Assembly: GCA_017462615.1 (NCBI GenBank)
Contig: JAFTQT010000078.1
Span: forward strand, 1-46,621
DNA length: 46,621 bases
Direction: 5' to 3'
Origin: Clostridia bacterium
GTDB lineage: Bacteria; Bacillota; Clostridia; Oscillospirales; CAG-272
Shown here in pieces: positions 19,821-29,336 of this stretch (positions are counted from its first letter, which is position 1; every line of letters starts with the position of its first letter). The notes under the pieces were generated by a model. That model was not told the origin of the DNA, made no database searches, and was given only the letters and a program-made list of their open reading frames with translations. A program made the translations under genes and the position numbers.

Positions 19821-20498
19821 ATGTATCAAGGAAAAGCTTTTCAATACGGTGATAACGTAGATACCGACGTGATCATCCCCGCCCGTTATCTGAACGCTCC
19901 CTCCGCCGAGGAGCTGGCCAAGCACTGCATGGAGGATATTGACGTCAACTTCGTCAAGGAGGTTGAGACGGGCGATATTATGGTGGGCGGTGAGAACTTC
20001 GGCTGCGGCTCCTCTCGTGAGCACGCGCCCATCGCTATCCGCGCCAGCGGCATTTCCTGTGTGATCGCCGCCAGCTTTGCCCGCATCTTCTACCGCAACG
20101 CCATCAACATCGGCTTCCCGATTCTGGAATGTCCCGAGGCTGCCGCCCGTATCAAGAAGGGCGACACCGTTACCGTGGATGCCGAAAGCGGTGTGATCAC
20201 CAACGTTACCACCGGCGAGGTCTTCCACGCCACCCCCTTCCCCGCCTTCATCAACCGTATCATTGAAAACGGCGGCCTGTTGCCCTACCTTGTGAAAAAG
20301 CAGGAGGGTGAAGCAAAATTAACTTCAATATTGCACTTGTCAAGGGAGACGGCATCGGCCCCGAAATCGTGGAGAGTGCCGTTCGTGTTCTCGAAAAGGT
20401 GGGCGAAAAGTATGGCCACACCTTCCATTTCACCTCGTATCTTGCCGGTGGTTGTGCCATCGATGCTTGCGGAAAGCCTCTGCCGGAGGAGACCGTAG
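19821..20498 (+). CDS. leuD: 3-isopropylmalate dehydratase small subunit (expected end 20321; reads through as sequenced)
   Basis: [37 protein letters not shown]. LeuD-like sequence ends near GGLLPYL..EAK, and the codon at 20319-20321 is TTA where TGA is expected. Confidence 0.9.
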   Translation: MYQGKAFQYGDNVDTDVIIPARYLNAPSAEELAKHCMEDIDVNFVKEVETGDIMVGGENFGCGSSREHAPIAIRASGISCVIAASFARIFYRNAINIGFPILECPEAAARIKKGDTVTVDAESGVITNVTTGEVFHATPFPAFINRIIENGGLLPYLVKKQEGEAKLTSILHLSRETASAPKSWRVPFVFSKRWAKSMATPSISPRILPVVVPSMLAESLCRRRP

Positions 20499-21391
20499 AG
20501 GGCTGCAAGAATAGTGACAGCGTGCTGCTGGGCGCCGTAGGCGGCCCCAAGTGGGACACGCTCCCCGGCAACATCCGTCCCGAAAAGGCTCTGCTTGGGC
20601 TGCGCGCCGCCCTTGGTCTTTATACCAATCTGCGCCCTGCCCGTATTTTCCCCGCGTTGAAATCCGCTTGCGCCCTGCGCCCCGATATCATCGACCGTGG
20701 CTTTGATCTGGTCATCGTCCGCGAGCTGACTGGCGGCATCTACTTTGGTGAGCGTGGTCGCCGCGAGGGTAAATACGGCCCCGAGGCTTACGATACCGAG
20801 GCCTACAGCGTCATGGAGGTGGAGCGCATTGCCCGCGTGGCATTCGAGACTGCCCGCAAGCGTCGTTGTAACGTAGTCAGCATCGACAAGGCCAACGTGC
20901 TGGAAACCTCTCGCCTCTGGCGAGAGACGGTACACCGTATTGCCGCCGAGTACCCCGACGTGGAGGTTTCGGATATGCTGGTGGACAACGCCGCTATGCA
21001 GCTCATTCGCGACCCCTCCCGCTTTGACGTGGTGGTGACCTCCAATATGTTCGGTGATATTCTCTCCGACGAGGCCTCGCAGATCACCGGCTCTATCGGT
21101 CTTCTCGCCTCCGCCTCCCTCGGCGCGGGCAAATGCGGCCTCTACGAGCCCATTCACGGCTCTGCTCCCGATATCGAGGGGCAGAACAAGGCTAACCCCA
21201 TTGCCACCATTCTTTCCGCCGCTATGATGCTGCGGTATTCCCTTGACCTGCCCGTTGAGGCCGATGCCATCGAGAATGCCGTTGCGGGCGTGATTGAGGA
21301 TGGCTACCGCACGGCGGACATTCTGACCGATCCCACGAAGGAACCGCTCACCTGCACCGCCATGACAGAAAAGATCATGGAAAGGATTTGA
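20318..21391 (+). CDS. leuB: 3-isopropylmalate dehydrogenase (start codon reads ATT as sequenced)
   Basis: The conserved N-terminus [14 protein letters not shown] is in frame upstream of the ORF-track GTG at 20369, with RBS GGAGGG at 20303-20308. Also [29 protein letters not shown]. Confidence 0.92.
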   Translation: MNFNIALVKGDGIGPEIVESAVRVLEKVGEKYGHTFHFTSYLAGGCAIDACGKPLPEETVEGCKNSDSVLLGAVGGPKWDTLPGNIRPEKALLGLRAALGLYTNLRPARIFPALKSACALRPDIIDRGFDLVIVRELTGGIYFGERGRREGKYGPEAYDTEAYSVMEVERIARVAFETARKRRCNVVSIDKANVLETSRLWRETVHRIAAEYPDVEVSDMLVDNAAMQLIRDPSRFDVVVTSNMFGDILSDEASQITGSIGLLASASLGAGKCGLYEPIHGSAPDIEGQNKANPIATILSAAMMLRYSLDLPVEADAIENAVAGVIEDGYRTADILTDPTKEPLTCTAMTEKIMERI

Positions 21392-21395
21392 AAAA

Positions 21396-22457
21396 ATGCT
21401 GGATATCAAGGTTACCAAAACGACAACGCCCAAGGAGAAGCCTCAGGGCCCCCTTGGCTTCGGTAAGATCTTTACCGACCATATGTTCATGATGAATTAT
21501 ACCGAGGGAATGGGCTGGCACGATCCCCGTGTTGTACCCTTCCAGGATATCTCTCTTTCTCCCGCCTGCGTGGTATTCCACTACGGTCAGGAGATGTTTG
21601 AGGGCATGAAGGCCTATCGCGGTGAGAACGGCGAGACCTATCTCTTCCGTCCCTTCAAAAATGCCGCCCGTGCCAATCAGTCCAACAAGCGTCTTTGCAT
21701 TCCGGAGTTGCCCGAGGATATTTTCGTAGAGGGCGTCAAGGCTGTGGTGGAGGTGGATAAGGATTGGATCCCCACCGAGCCCGGCACCTCCCTGTACATC
21801 CGCCCCTTCATCATCGCCACCGATGCTTTCCTTGGCGTCGCACCCTCCAAAACCTATCTTTACATGGTCATTCTTTCTCCCAGCGGTGCTTACTACAGCG
21901 AGGGCCTTGCCCCTGTGGGTATCTGGATCGAGGATGACTACGTGCGCGCCGTCAAGGGCGGCATTGGCTTCACCAAGACCGGCGGCAACTACGTGGCAAG
22001 CCTTGCGGCACAGGTAAAGGCTCACGACGGCGGCTTTTCTCAGGTGCTGTGGCTGGACGGCGTAGAGCGTCGCTATATCGAAGAGGTAGGCGCCATGAAC
22101 ATCTTCTTCAAGATCGACGGCAAGGTGGTCACCCCCATGCTCAACGGCAGTATTCTGCCCGGCGTGACTCGTGACTCTGTGCTGACCCTCCTGAAGTCTT
22201 GGGGCATTCCCTGCGAGGAGCGTCGCATTTCCGTAGACGAGCTGCTGGAGGCGCAGAAGAACGGCAAGCTGGAGGAGGTTTTCGGCACGGGTACCGCCGC
22301 CGTCATCTCTCCCGTGGGCAAGCTCCGCTATAAGGACGAGATCATGACCATCGGCGACGGTGGCATCGGTCCCGTCAGCCAAAAGCTGTATGATACCATC
22401 ACCGGCATCCAGACCGGTAAGCTGGCCGATCCCTTCGATTGGCGTGTGGAGGTATAA
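21396..22457 (+). CDS. ilvE: Branched-chain amino acid aminotransferase
   Basis: FHYGQEMFEGMKAY, LYIRPF, KTGGNY, EEVGAMN, ILPGVTR, GTAAVISP. Confidence 0.96.
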   Translation: MLDIKVTKTTTPKEKPQGPLGFGKIFTDHMFMMNYTEGMGWHDPRVVPFQDISLSPACVVFHYGQEMFEGMKAYRGENGETYLFRPFKNAARANQSNKRLCIPELPEDIFVEGVKAVVEVDKDWIPTEPGTSLYIRPFIIATDAFLGVAPSKTYLYMVILSPSGAYYSEGLAPVGIWIEDDYVRAVKGGIGFTKTGGNYVASLAAQVKAHDGGFSQVLWLDGVERRYIEEVGAMNIFFKIDGKVVTPMLNGSILPGVTRDSVLTLLKSWGIPCEERRISVDELLEAQKNGKLEEVFGTGTAAVISPVGKLRYKDEIMTIGDGGIGPVSQKLYDTITGIQTGKLADPFDWRVEV

Positions 22458-22459
22458 CG

Positions 22460-23656
22460 GTGCTGACTCTCGATAAGATCTATCAAGCCGCCTTCACCCT
22501 TAAGGACGTGGCTAGAAAAACCGATCTCATCCGCGCTCAAAATATGTGCCCCGATTGCAAGCTGTATCTCAAAACCGAGAACCTGCAGGTAACGGGCAGC
22601 TTTAAGGTGCGAGGCGCGTATTATAAGATCAGCCAGCTCTCCGCGGAGGAGAAATCCAAGGGTATTATTGCCTGTAGCGCAGGCAACCACGCTCAGGGTG
22701 TTGCCCTGGCGGCCAAAAAAATGGGCATCAAGAGCGTGATCTGTATGCCCGACGGCGCCCCCATCAGCAAGGTGGAGGCAACCAAGGCCTTTGGCGCAGA
22801 GGCTTGCCTGGTGCCCGGTGCTTACGACGATGCCTACGCCAAGGCGCTGCAGCTTTGCGATGAGACCGGTGCCACCCTCATTCACCCCTTTGACGATGAG
22901 GACGTGATCGCGGGACAGGGCACCATCGGTCTTGAAATTCTCGATCAGCTTTCCGACGCCGACGCGGTGGTGGTTCCCATCGGCGGCGGCGGTCTGATCG
23001 CAGGCGTAGCCTACGCCATCAAGCATCTGAATCCGAGCATCAAGGTGTACGGCGTGCAGGCAGAGCGCGCGCCTGCCATGGCCGAGAGCCGTGCGGCAGG
23101 TCACGTGGTGACCCTTGACAGCGTCTCCACCTTTGCCGACGGTATTGCGGTGAAGCATCCCGGTGACAACACCTTTGCCATAATTAAGGACTACGTGGAC
23201 GATATTGTCACCGTCAGCGAGGACGAGATCGCCACCGCCATTCTCACGCTGATGGAAAAGCAGAAGCTGGTCGCCGAGGGCGCAGGTGCCGTGGGCGTTG
23301 CTGCCATTATGTTCGGTAAGCTGCCCGTTGCCGGCAAAAAGGTCGTAGCCGTGATTTCCGGTGGCAATATCGACGTGAATATCCTCTCCCGCGTGGTCAC
23401 AAGAGGTCTTGTCACCACCGGACGTAATGCCACCCTGCAGATCGCGCTGGAGGACAAGCCCGGTCAGCTGCTGGGCGTCAGCAGTATCATTTCGCAATGC
23501 GGCGGCAACGTGGTCAGTGTGCATCACGAGCGTTCCGACGCCAATATGGCCGTGGCCAGCTGCTTCCTCAAGATCGGTATGGAGACCCGCGATTTCAAGC
23601 AGATCGAGGAGATCCGTGCGGCTTTGACTGCTGCGGGCTTCAAGATCGTTTCTTAA
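22460..23656 (+). CDS. ilvA: Threonine ammonia-lyase with C-terminal ACT domain
   Basis: LKTENLQVTGSFKVRGA, SAGNHAQG, GGGGL, SGGNID, ACT domain LEDKPGQL. GTG start at 22460 with RBS GGAGGT. Confidence 0.93.
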   Translation: MLTLDKIYQAAFTLKDVARKTDLIRAQNMCPDCKLYLKTENLQVTGSFKVRGAYYKISQLSAEEKSKGIIACSAGNHAQGVALAAKKMGIKSVICMPDGAPISKVEATKAFGAEACLVPGAYDDAYAKALQLCDETGATLIHPFDDEDVIAGQGTIGLEILDQLSDADAVVVPIGGGGLIAGVAYAIKHLNPSIKVYGVQAERAPAMAESRAAGHVVTLDSVSTFADGIAVKHPGDNTFAIIKDYVDDIVTVSEDEIATAILTLMEKQKLVAEGAGAVGVAAIMFGKLPVAGKKVVAVISGGNIDVNILSRVVTRGLVTTGRNATLQIALEDKPGQLLGVSSIISQCGGNVVSVHHERSDANMAVASCFLKIGMETRDFKQIEEIRAALTAAGFKIVS

Positions 23657-23668
23657 AGGAGAATCAAA

Positions 23669-24046
23669 ATGATCAAGCAAATTGCAACCGATAAGGCTCC
23701 TGCCGCCATCGGCCCGTATTCTCAGGGGCTCGATCTCGGCAATATGGTGTTTGTTTCCGGTCAGATCCCTGTGGATCCCGCCACCGGCACCATTCCCGCA
23801 GACGTGGAGGCGCAGGCCGTGCAGTCTCTCACCAATCTGAAAAACGTGCTGGCTGCCGCAGGTCTCGGTATGGAGAACGTGGTGAAAACTGTGGTGTTCC
23901 TCTCCGATCTTGCGGATTTTGCCGTGGTAAACAAGATCTACGAGAGCTTTTTCAAGGCACCCTTCCCTGCGCGCAGCTGCGTGCAGGTTGCGGCCATTCC
24001 CAAGGGCTGCAAGCTGGAGATCGAGTGCATCGCCGTGAGAGCATAA
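23669..24046 (+). CDS. ridA: RidA family enamine/imine deaminase
   Basis: APAAIGPYSQ, VSGQIP, PARSCV (catalytic Arg), LEIECIA. Confidence 0.93.
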   Translation: MIKQIATDKAPAAIGPYSQGLDLGNMVFVSGQIPVDPATGTIPADVEAQAVQSLTNLKNVLAAAGLGMENVVKTVVFLSDLADFAVVNKIYESFFKAPFPARSCVQVAAIPKGCKLEIECIAVRA

Positions 24047-24050
24047 CGCA

Positions 24051-24140
24051 AAAAGGATCTATGGCTTTGCCACAGATCCTTTTAATTTTGGAAAAAAACA
24101 CCCCGAAAAGAGGATGTTATGGCTCTTTTCGGGGTGTTTT
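24051..24140. terminator. Two terminator hairpins between convergent genes
   Basis: aaaaggatct...agatcctttt (24051-24083) and aaaacaccccgaaaagag...ctcttttcggggtgtttt (24095-24140). Confidence 0.8.
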
Positions 24141-24208
24141 ACGCTTATTTTGGAAAATGCAAAATAGAAATTTGGAATTTTAAGATTGCAAATTTAGAAC
24201 AAACTTCC

Positions 24209-25645
24209 TTATTTCGTCAGCTCGTAGGAGATGTTATCCACTGTGACCTCGTAGTAGTACACGTACGCACTGCCGCGGCGGTAGATCCAAATGGTGGCCA
24301 TGTAGGAGTAGGAAACCATCTTGCCGTCCTTTACCTCCACGTCCAGCATAGAGGAGGTGCGACGGATCTTGTCAACGCCGGAGCCAACGGCCTCCAGACG
24401 GGAGGCGTAGGCATCAATGTCCACAGATTTGAACTTAAAGCGGCTCTGGCCGTCAACAAGCTCAGAGGTGGTGAGGTCGCACTCATCAAAGAAGGCGGTA
24501 TCAAACCAATCGTAGACCTTGGCGCGGGCAGCTGCATCGGTCATGGTCTTGGCGGGATTCTGTCCGGCCTTGTCCTCGGTGCGGAATTTGCCGTTCGCGT
24601 ATTTATAGGTGGTCACGTCCTCGCCGGAGGTTATGGTGGCGTTAAAGGTGTAGCCGTTCTCGCTCTCGGTTTGGGAGACCTCGTAGTCGTGGCGCTCCAG
24701 CTGGTTCTTTTTGCCGCTTTCCGTATCGGGCTTGAGGAAGTATTTTTCGGTTTTGGTGAAGGAAAGGGAAGAGGCGCACTCAATTTCACGGAAGAGGGCG
24801 GCAGCGGCCTCCGCAAGCCGCAGGTCCTTGGTTTCCTGGCAATCGGAGATGTCCAAGGCAGGCGCGGTGGCGTTGTTGTATTCCTCATAGGCGCGGGTGT
24901 AGGAAAGCGCTGCGTCTACGTTGCGGGAATCCGCAAAGCGAACCTCCAGCTTCAGCTCCAGAGGGCGGAAATCCTCGGTGGTGCGGAAGGACAGTGTTGC
25001 GTTTTCAATGGTGGCGTACAGCAGCTGATCGGCGGCCTCAAAGTGATTGCAGAGCTGTTTTAGCCCCAGAGCGCTGAAATCGGTAAACGTGGCGATCCAC
25101 TCGCCTGCGTCGTTCTTTTCACATGTAATGTGACCTGCCTCGCTTTCCGCAATGGCAGCAAGGGCGCCGTTGCCGGTCTCACGCAGATGGGCGAGATATT
25201 CCGGACCCGTGAGGGGAGAGACAAGGGTAACGGGCTCGCCCGCGCCTACGGCGCGGCGGGTAAACATCTGGCCGCCCGTGAAGCCGCTTTCCAGCACGTA
25301 GGTCTCCTCGGGAGCGATGACGTTCGCATAGGAATAAAGGGAGGTGGCCTTTTGATAGTAGAAGAGGCTATCGGGGGCTTCCAGACCCGTAACGGTCAAA
25401 AGCTCCGTGGTGGAAATATCCCAGCGCTCGCCGCCCTCGGTGCCGCTCATTTTGAGCTCACCCTTGACGCGATAGGACTGAACACCCTCGCTTTGGTTGA
25501 CGTCGGTTTTCAAGAGGCGGATGGCGCGCCGCTCCTTTCCCAGCAGAGCAAAGGGGAGGCTATCTGCGCTGCAGGATGCGAGCAGGGGAACGAATAATGC
25601 CAGCAATAGGATGGTGGCAATACATTTTTTTGCAAGATGCTTCAT
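24209..25645 (-). CDS. Lipoprotein of unknown function
   Basis: RBS AAGGAG, start MKHLAKK at 25645, hydrophobic signal with lipobox LASC. Confidence 0.8.
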   Translation of the reverse strand: MKHLAKKCIATILLLALFVPLLASCSADSLPFALLGKERRAIRLLKTDVNQSEGVQSYRVKGELKMSGTEGGERWDISTTELLTVTGLEAPDSLFYYQKATSLYSYANVIAPEETYVLESGFTGGQMFTRRAVGAGEPVTLVSPLTGPEYLAHLRETGNGALAAIAESEAGHITCEKNDAGEWIATFTDFSALGLKQLCNHFEAADQLLYATIENATLSFRTTEDFRPLELKLEVRFADSRNVDAALSYTRAYEEYNNATAPALDISDCQETKDLRLAEAAAALFREIECASSLSFTKTEKYFLKPDTESGKKNQLERHDYEVSQTESENGYTFNATITSGEDVTTYKYANGKFRTEDKAGQNPAKTMTDAAARAKVYDWFDTAFFDECDLTTSELVDGQSRFKFKSVDIDAYASRLEAVGSGVDKIRRTSSMLDVEVKDGKMVSYSYMATIWIYRRGSAYVYYYEVTVDNISYELTK

Positions 25646-25691
25646 GACAGGGCTCCTTCGGGGAATAAAATAGTCAACTTGACTGATTTTC

Positions 25692-25720
25692 AGTATAGCA
25701 CACCCCCCAAATGATGTCAA
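25692..25720 (-). promoter_or_regulatory. Sigma-A promoter
   Basis: Minus strand TTGACA (25720-25715), 17 nt, TGcTATACT. Confidence 0.75.
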
Positions 25721-25841
25721 GCGAAAAAAAGTGAACTTTTTTTGAACAAAAGAGGTAGCGGAGCCGACGGAGGGAGAGATATTCTTTATTTGAACATCCT
25801 CACAATCCCAATTTAGCGTTCAAATTTTGATTTATCGGTGG

Positions 25842-26022
25842 GTGAAGTGCCGCCAAGGGCGGCGTGATGTTGCCCTTTGGGGCAATGACGTTGTGCGGCT
25901 TCGCCACACAGTGCTGTTCTGTTCGCCTTCTGTAGGCTTCACTTGCGCTCGTTTCGAGTGCAAGCATCATGCGGCGTATGCCGCGCATCACAAGCGTAGC
26001 GTCATCACTCGCCGAGGGCGAA
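25842..26022. repeat. Hairpin-rich modular intergenic element
   Basis: A series of short hairpins (gccgcc-aag-ggcggc, ttgccc..gggcaa, gcggc-gtat-gccgc, tcgcc-gag-ggcga). They are joined by GTGATGT-like spacers on the left and complementary CATCAC-like spacers on the right. Confidence 0.5.
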
Positions 26023-26078
26023 CAGAGTGGTGTCCTTCGGGCACCTCCTCTCCCTGCTCCCGCTTTCCCCGGCGAGCA

Positions 26079-27452
26079 TCATTCCCGAATGGCAGCAGAG
26101 TCTCCCTCGGAGATGCTTCGAGAGAGCAAGAAGAGGAAGAGCGCAAGATAGAGCTGCCGGATGAGAGCAATGCCATCCCGGATCAGAAGAAGGGTGTTGC
26201 CGTGGAGCTGCGTGTAGAGGAAAATCTCCACCCCAAGCGCTACCGCCGTGAGAAGTGTGGCCGGAATCAGATGCTTTTTCCCGACAAGCGCGCGGCGCAC
26301 GGGGCCCGCGATCAGCAGCACGAAGCCCGCAAGAAAAACGAGATAGGTGAAGGCTGCGAGCCATCCGTTGATTTTGCCAAACAGGAGATTTTGCTCGATA
26401 TTTTCAATGATACTGCGATGAAAGATCATTTGGAAAACCGAAAGCAGAAAATCCAGAGCGCCGCCCGGAACCTCCGCGCCAAGTACCAGCAAAAAGCCCA
26501 CGCGTGCAAGGCGGTCACGGCCGGTTTCCCGGTATTCGTGATAGAAGTAAATGAGAAACAGCACAAACCAAAAGCCGGCGGCAAGAGGCAGCCACGCAAA
26601 GTAATTGAGAGCGATCAGCTGCTCCACCATGGTGGCGCCGCTATTCAATAGAAGCGCCTCTACCGCGGTGTAAGCTGCGCGCAGCAGGATCACCAGCAGG
26701 AGCGTGGCGAAGGTGGCGCCCGAAAGCACTCGCCGCTTTTCGTAAGAGAGTCTTTCCAGAACCGAAAGCATGGTATAGGTGATGGCCAATATGATGAAAA
26801 TGAGAAGCCAGAGCAGCAGCGAGGCGAGGAGCATTTCCGGTATGCGGGTGTGCTGTAGCCACAGCGCGCCCAGCGCGGTGCTGCGGCAGGAGATGCCGAG
26901 GCCACAGAGCGTGAGAATACCCAGCTTGCCCAGATTTTTCAGCACCGCAAGGCCGTAGCGCGGTGACTCCAGTGCGGCGTAATTGAAGTAGATATCTCGC
27001 TCCTTGAAGGCAAAGGCCACGTAGGCGGCCAACAGCAAAAACAGGTTGACGGCTACCTGCATCGTATCCACGGCGGCGTAGTTGATATTTGTCTGCACCA
27101 GTAGCGATAGGGGATAAAAGAGTGCCAGCGCCGCGAGGGAAACGAAAAGCTGCAGCGTCCCTGCCCGACGCCAATAGGCGGCGCACTCGGCTGTCAGTCG
27201 CTCGTCCTTGGGGCGACCGAGGCTAAAGAATAGCCCTACGGCAAGGCAAACGAGCCCCGTGACGGCTACGGCGATCTCAAACCACACCGGCAAATAGTAA
27301 TAGCTTTTGGGGTAGGTGTGGCTGCCGTCCATGTTCAAAAGCACGTTCATCCAGCGCAGCATGCCGCAAAGCAGCGCGTAAAGGGTGGCCAGCAGTATGC
27401 CGTTCCGGGCAATTTTGCCCCGCTCCAATTCAATGCGTTCGTCGTAAAACAT
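26079..27452 (-). CDS. Polytopic membrane protein of unknown function
   Basis: Many hydrophobic segments. Start moved to MFYDERIE at 27452, 2 nt after the XRE stop, with RBS GGAGG. Confidence 0.8.
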   Translation of the reverse strand: MFYDERIELERGKIARNGILLATLYALLCGMLRWMNVLLNMDGSHTYPKSYYYLPVWFEIAVAVTGLVCLAVGLFFSLGRPKDERLTAECAAYWRRAGTLQLFVSLAALALFYPLSLLVQTNINYAAVDTMQVAVNLFLLLAAYVAFAFKERDIYFNYAALESPRYGLAVLKNLGKLGILTLCGLGISCRSTALGALWLQHTRIPEMLLASLLLWLLIFIILAITYTMLSVLERLSYEKRRVLSGATFATLLLVILLRAAYTAVEALLLNSGATMVEQLIALNYFAWLPLAAGFWFVLFLIYFYHEYRETGRDRLARVGFLLVLGAEVPGGALDFLLSVFQMIFHRSIIENIEQNLLFGKINGWLAAFTYLVFLAGFVLLIAGPVRRALVGKKHLIPATLLTAVALGVEIFLYTQLHGNTLLLIRDGIALIRQLYLALFLFLLSRSISEGDSAAIRE

Positions 27453-27454
27453 CG

Positions 27455-27649
27455 TTATTCCTCCCAGAAAAGATCGTTCAGCGTTAGCCCCAACGCCCGA
27501 CAAATGCGGATGCAGAGCTCGATGGTGGGGTTGTAGCCGCCGTTCTCGATCATATTGATGGTCTGCCGAGAGACTCCGATCTGTCGGGCCAGCTCTCCTT
27601 GTGATAGATGCAGCTTGGTGCGTGCTTCGCGCATACGGTTGTTTTCCAT
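27455..27649 (-). CDS. XRE/Cro-C1 family HTH transcriptional regulator (64 aa)
   Basis: LSQGELARQIGVSRQTINMIENGGYNPT; RBS GGAGG before ATG 27649. Confidence 0.93.
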   Translation of the reverse strand: MENNRMREARTKLHLSQGELARQIGVSRQTINMIENGGYNPTIELCIRICRALGLTLNDLFWEE

Positions 27650-27658
27650 GCAGCCTCC

Positions 27659-27719
27659 TGTCAATTATATTTGACATTATGATAGCATGCCTCGCGGGAA
27701 ATGTCAAGTATATTTGACA
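27659..27719. promoter_or_regulatory. Minus-strand promoter with two palindromic operators (TGTCAA-N6-TTGACA)
   Basis: TGTCAAttatatTTGACA (27659-27676) and TGTCAAgtatatTTGACA (27702-27719). Minus-strand -35 TTGACA at 27707-27702, 17 nt, TGcTATCAT. Confidence 0.75.
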
Positions 27720-27816
27720 AACTTTTTTGATTTTTTTGCGCAGCGCAGCGCCGCCGCGAGCGTTGTATAAAAAAATGTTTTTTTTGTATGGTTTTGTATT
27801 TCATGACGAGGAGGGC

Positions 27817-27845
27817 TTGACACCGGATTTATTTTTTATTAAAAT
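27817..27845 (+). promoter_or_regulatory. Sigma-A promoter of the hydrolase cluster
   Basis: TTGACA (27817-27822), 17 nt, TAAAAT (27840-27845). Confidence 0.65.
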
Positions 27846-27918
27846 GAAGAGAGAGGATCATCGCTGTGCGCCCGGAGGGGCGTGACGGACGATCCCACTT
27901 GAAAAAAGGAGAAGATAA

Positions 27919-29286
27919 ATGCTGAAGGCAGGTTTTATGGAGGTAGATTATACCCCCGAAGAGGGCTGGATGCCCGGACAGATCGAAAGACATTACGCCA
28001 AGGGCGCGCGCACGCCTATTATGGCGCACGCAGCGGTGATCGAAAGTGGCGCGAATATGGCCGTGCTGATCTCGCTGGATATTTTGTTCGTTTCTCAGAA
28101 TTTTACGGACGGCTTGCGCCGTCGGATATCGGAGCGTATCGGCATTCCTGCCGAGAACGTATTCGTTGCCGCTACCCATACCCACACGGGCTGCGGCACG
28201 GACGTGGATTGCTGGGGCACGCCCGCCGATGCGGAAATGGCCTCCAGAGTGCAGGAGGCTGCCTTTGACGCTGCCGTTATCGCGTGGGAAAATCGCGTTG
28301 TTTGCCGTATGGGCGTTGGCACGGGCTTTGACGCACGCTTCAATTTCTGCCGTGACTGGTTTACCACCGACGGTACTATCAAATTCAACCCGAGCATGAA
28401 AAACCCCGAAAAGCTGGTGCGCCCCTATGCGGCGGTGGATCATACCGTCAACGTGATCCGCTTTGACGACATGGCAGGGAACCCCCTTTGCTTTGTGGTC
28501 AATTACGCCAATCATCTGGACACCAACAACCGCCGCGACGCCTTTTCCGCCGACTATGCGGGCTTTATGCGCCTGGCGCTGCGCCGTGAATATGGCGACG
28601 TTGCGGTGCTGTTCCTCAACGGTTGCTGCGGCAACGTGAACCACTATGATTTTGCCACCGGCAGCCACCTCACCGGCCATTGTCGCGAGGGTGTTCTGCC
28701 CTCGGAAGAGATCGGTAACGGTCTTGCCGAAACGGTAGAGGGCATCACCCCTGCCATCCTCACCGAGACAAAGACTGTGCATATTCAGAGCCGTATCAGA
28801 TCCTACATGACCTCTCGGCGTCTGGCCACGGAAAAGAACAAGGCCTGGGCAAGAGAATGGCAGGCTACCCGCGAGGCACGCCTTGCCGCAGGCGAAAAGC
28901 AGGATCTGCGAAAGGATATCCTGGCGGAGCTTTACCTCTGCGATGAGTCGAAGCTGGCAAAGACCGTGGATCTGGACATTCAGGTAATGCAGCTGGGGCC
29001 CATTGTGCTGGTGGGTCTGCCTGGCGAGGTCTATTCCGACGTAGGCTTGAAGATCAAGGCGCTTTCTCCCTTCCCTAACACCGTGGTTGTAGAGCTGGTA
29101 GGCGGTCATAAGGGCTATATCACCCCTGAGATCATTCAGCGCTCCGGATGCTATGAGGGCACCTACAGCAACATTGCCTTTGCAGGTCCCGAGGCCCCCG
29201 ACGTGCTGGTGGAGGGCGCCGTGCAGATGCTGAAGGCCCTGTATGAAGTGGATAACCACACCGTGATCGGTGACTTTGCGTTCTGA
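27919..29286 (+). CDS. Neutral/alkaline ceramidase-like metallohydrolase, paralog 1
   Basis: AATHTHT, NYANH, SADY, NGCCG, LPGEVY motifs; no signal peptide; RBS AAGGAG. Confidence 0.75.
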   Translation: MLKAGFMEVDYTPEEGWMPGQIERHYAKGARTPIMAHAAVIESGANMAVLISLDILFVSQNFTDGLRRRISERIGIPAENVFVAATHTHTGCGTDVDCWGTPADAEMASRVQEAAFDAAVIAWENRVVCRMGVGTGFDARFNFCRDWFTTDGTIKFNPSMKNPEKLVRPYAAVDHTVNVIRFDDMAGNPLCFVVNYANHLDTNNRRDAFSADYAGFMRLALRREYGDVAVLFLNGCCGNVNHYDFATGSHLTGHCREGVLPSEEIGNGLAETVEGITPAILTETKTVHIQSRIRSYMTSRRLATEKNKAWAREWQATREARLAAGEKQDLRKDILAELYLCDESKLAKTVDLDIQVMQLGPIVLVGLPGEVYSDVGLKIKALSPFPNTVVVELVGGHKGYITPEIIQRSGCYEGTYSNIAFAGPEAPDVLVEGAVQMLKALYEVDNHTVIGDFAF

Positions 29287-29336
29287 TCAGAAATTCCAAA
29301 AAAACGCTCAAAAATTCCAAAAAGGAGTATTTGCTT

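Noticed and set aside
20369-20371. GTG as the leuB start
   Set aside because: It would delete the conserved GDGIGPE motif and has no convincing RBS.
25800-26651. ORFs at 25800, 25827, 25969, 25988 and 26005
   Set aside because: They overlap the repeat element or the membrane-protein gene and show no coding signals.
27855-27895. 5' UTR hairpin (ggatc...cgccc-ggag-gggcg...gatcc) as a riboswitch
   Set aside because: A single stem with no recognisable aptamer consensus or expression platform; more likely a 5' stabiliser.
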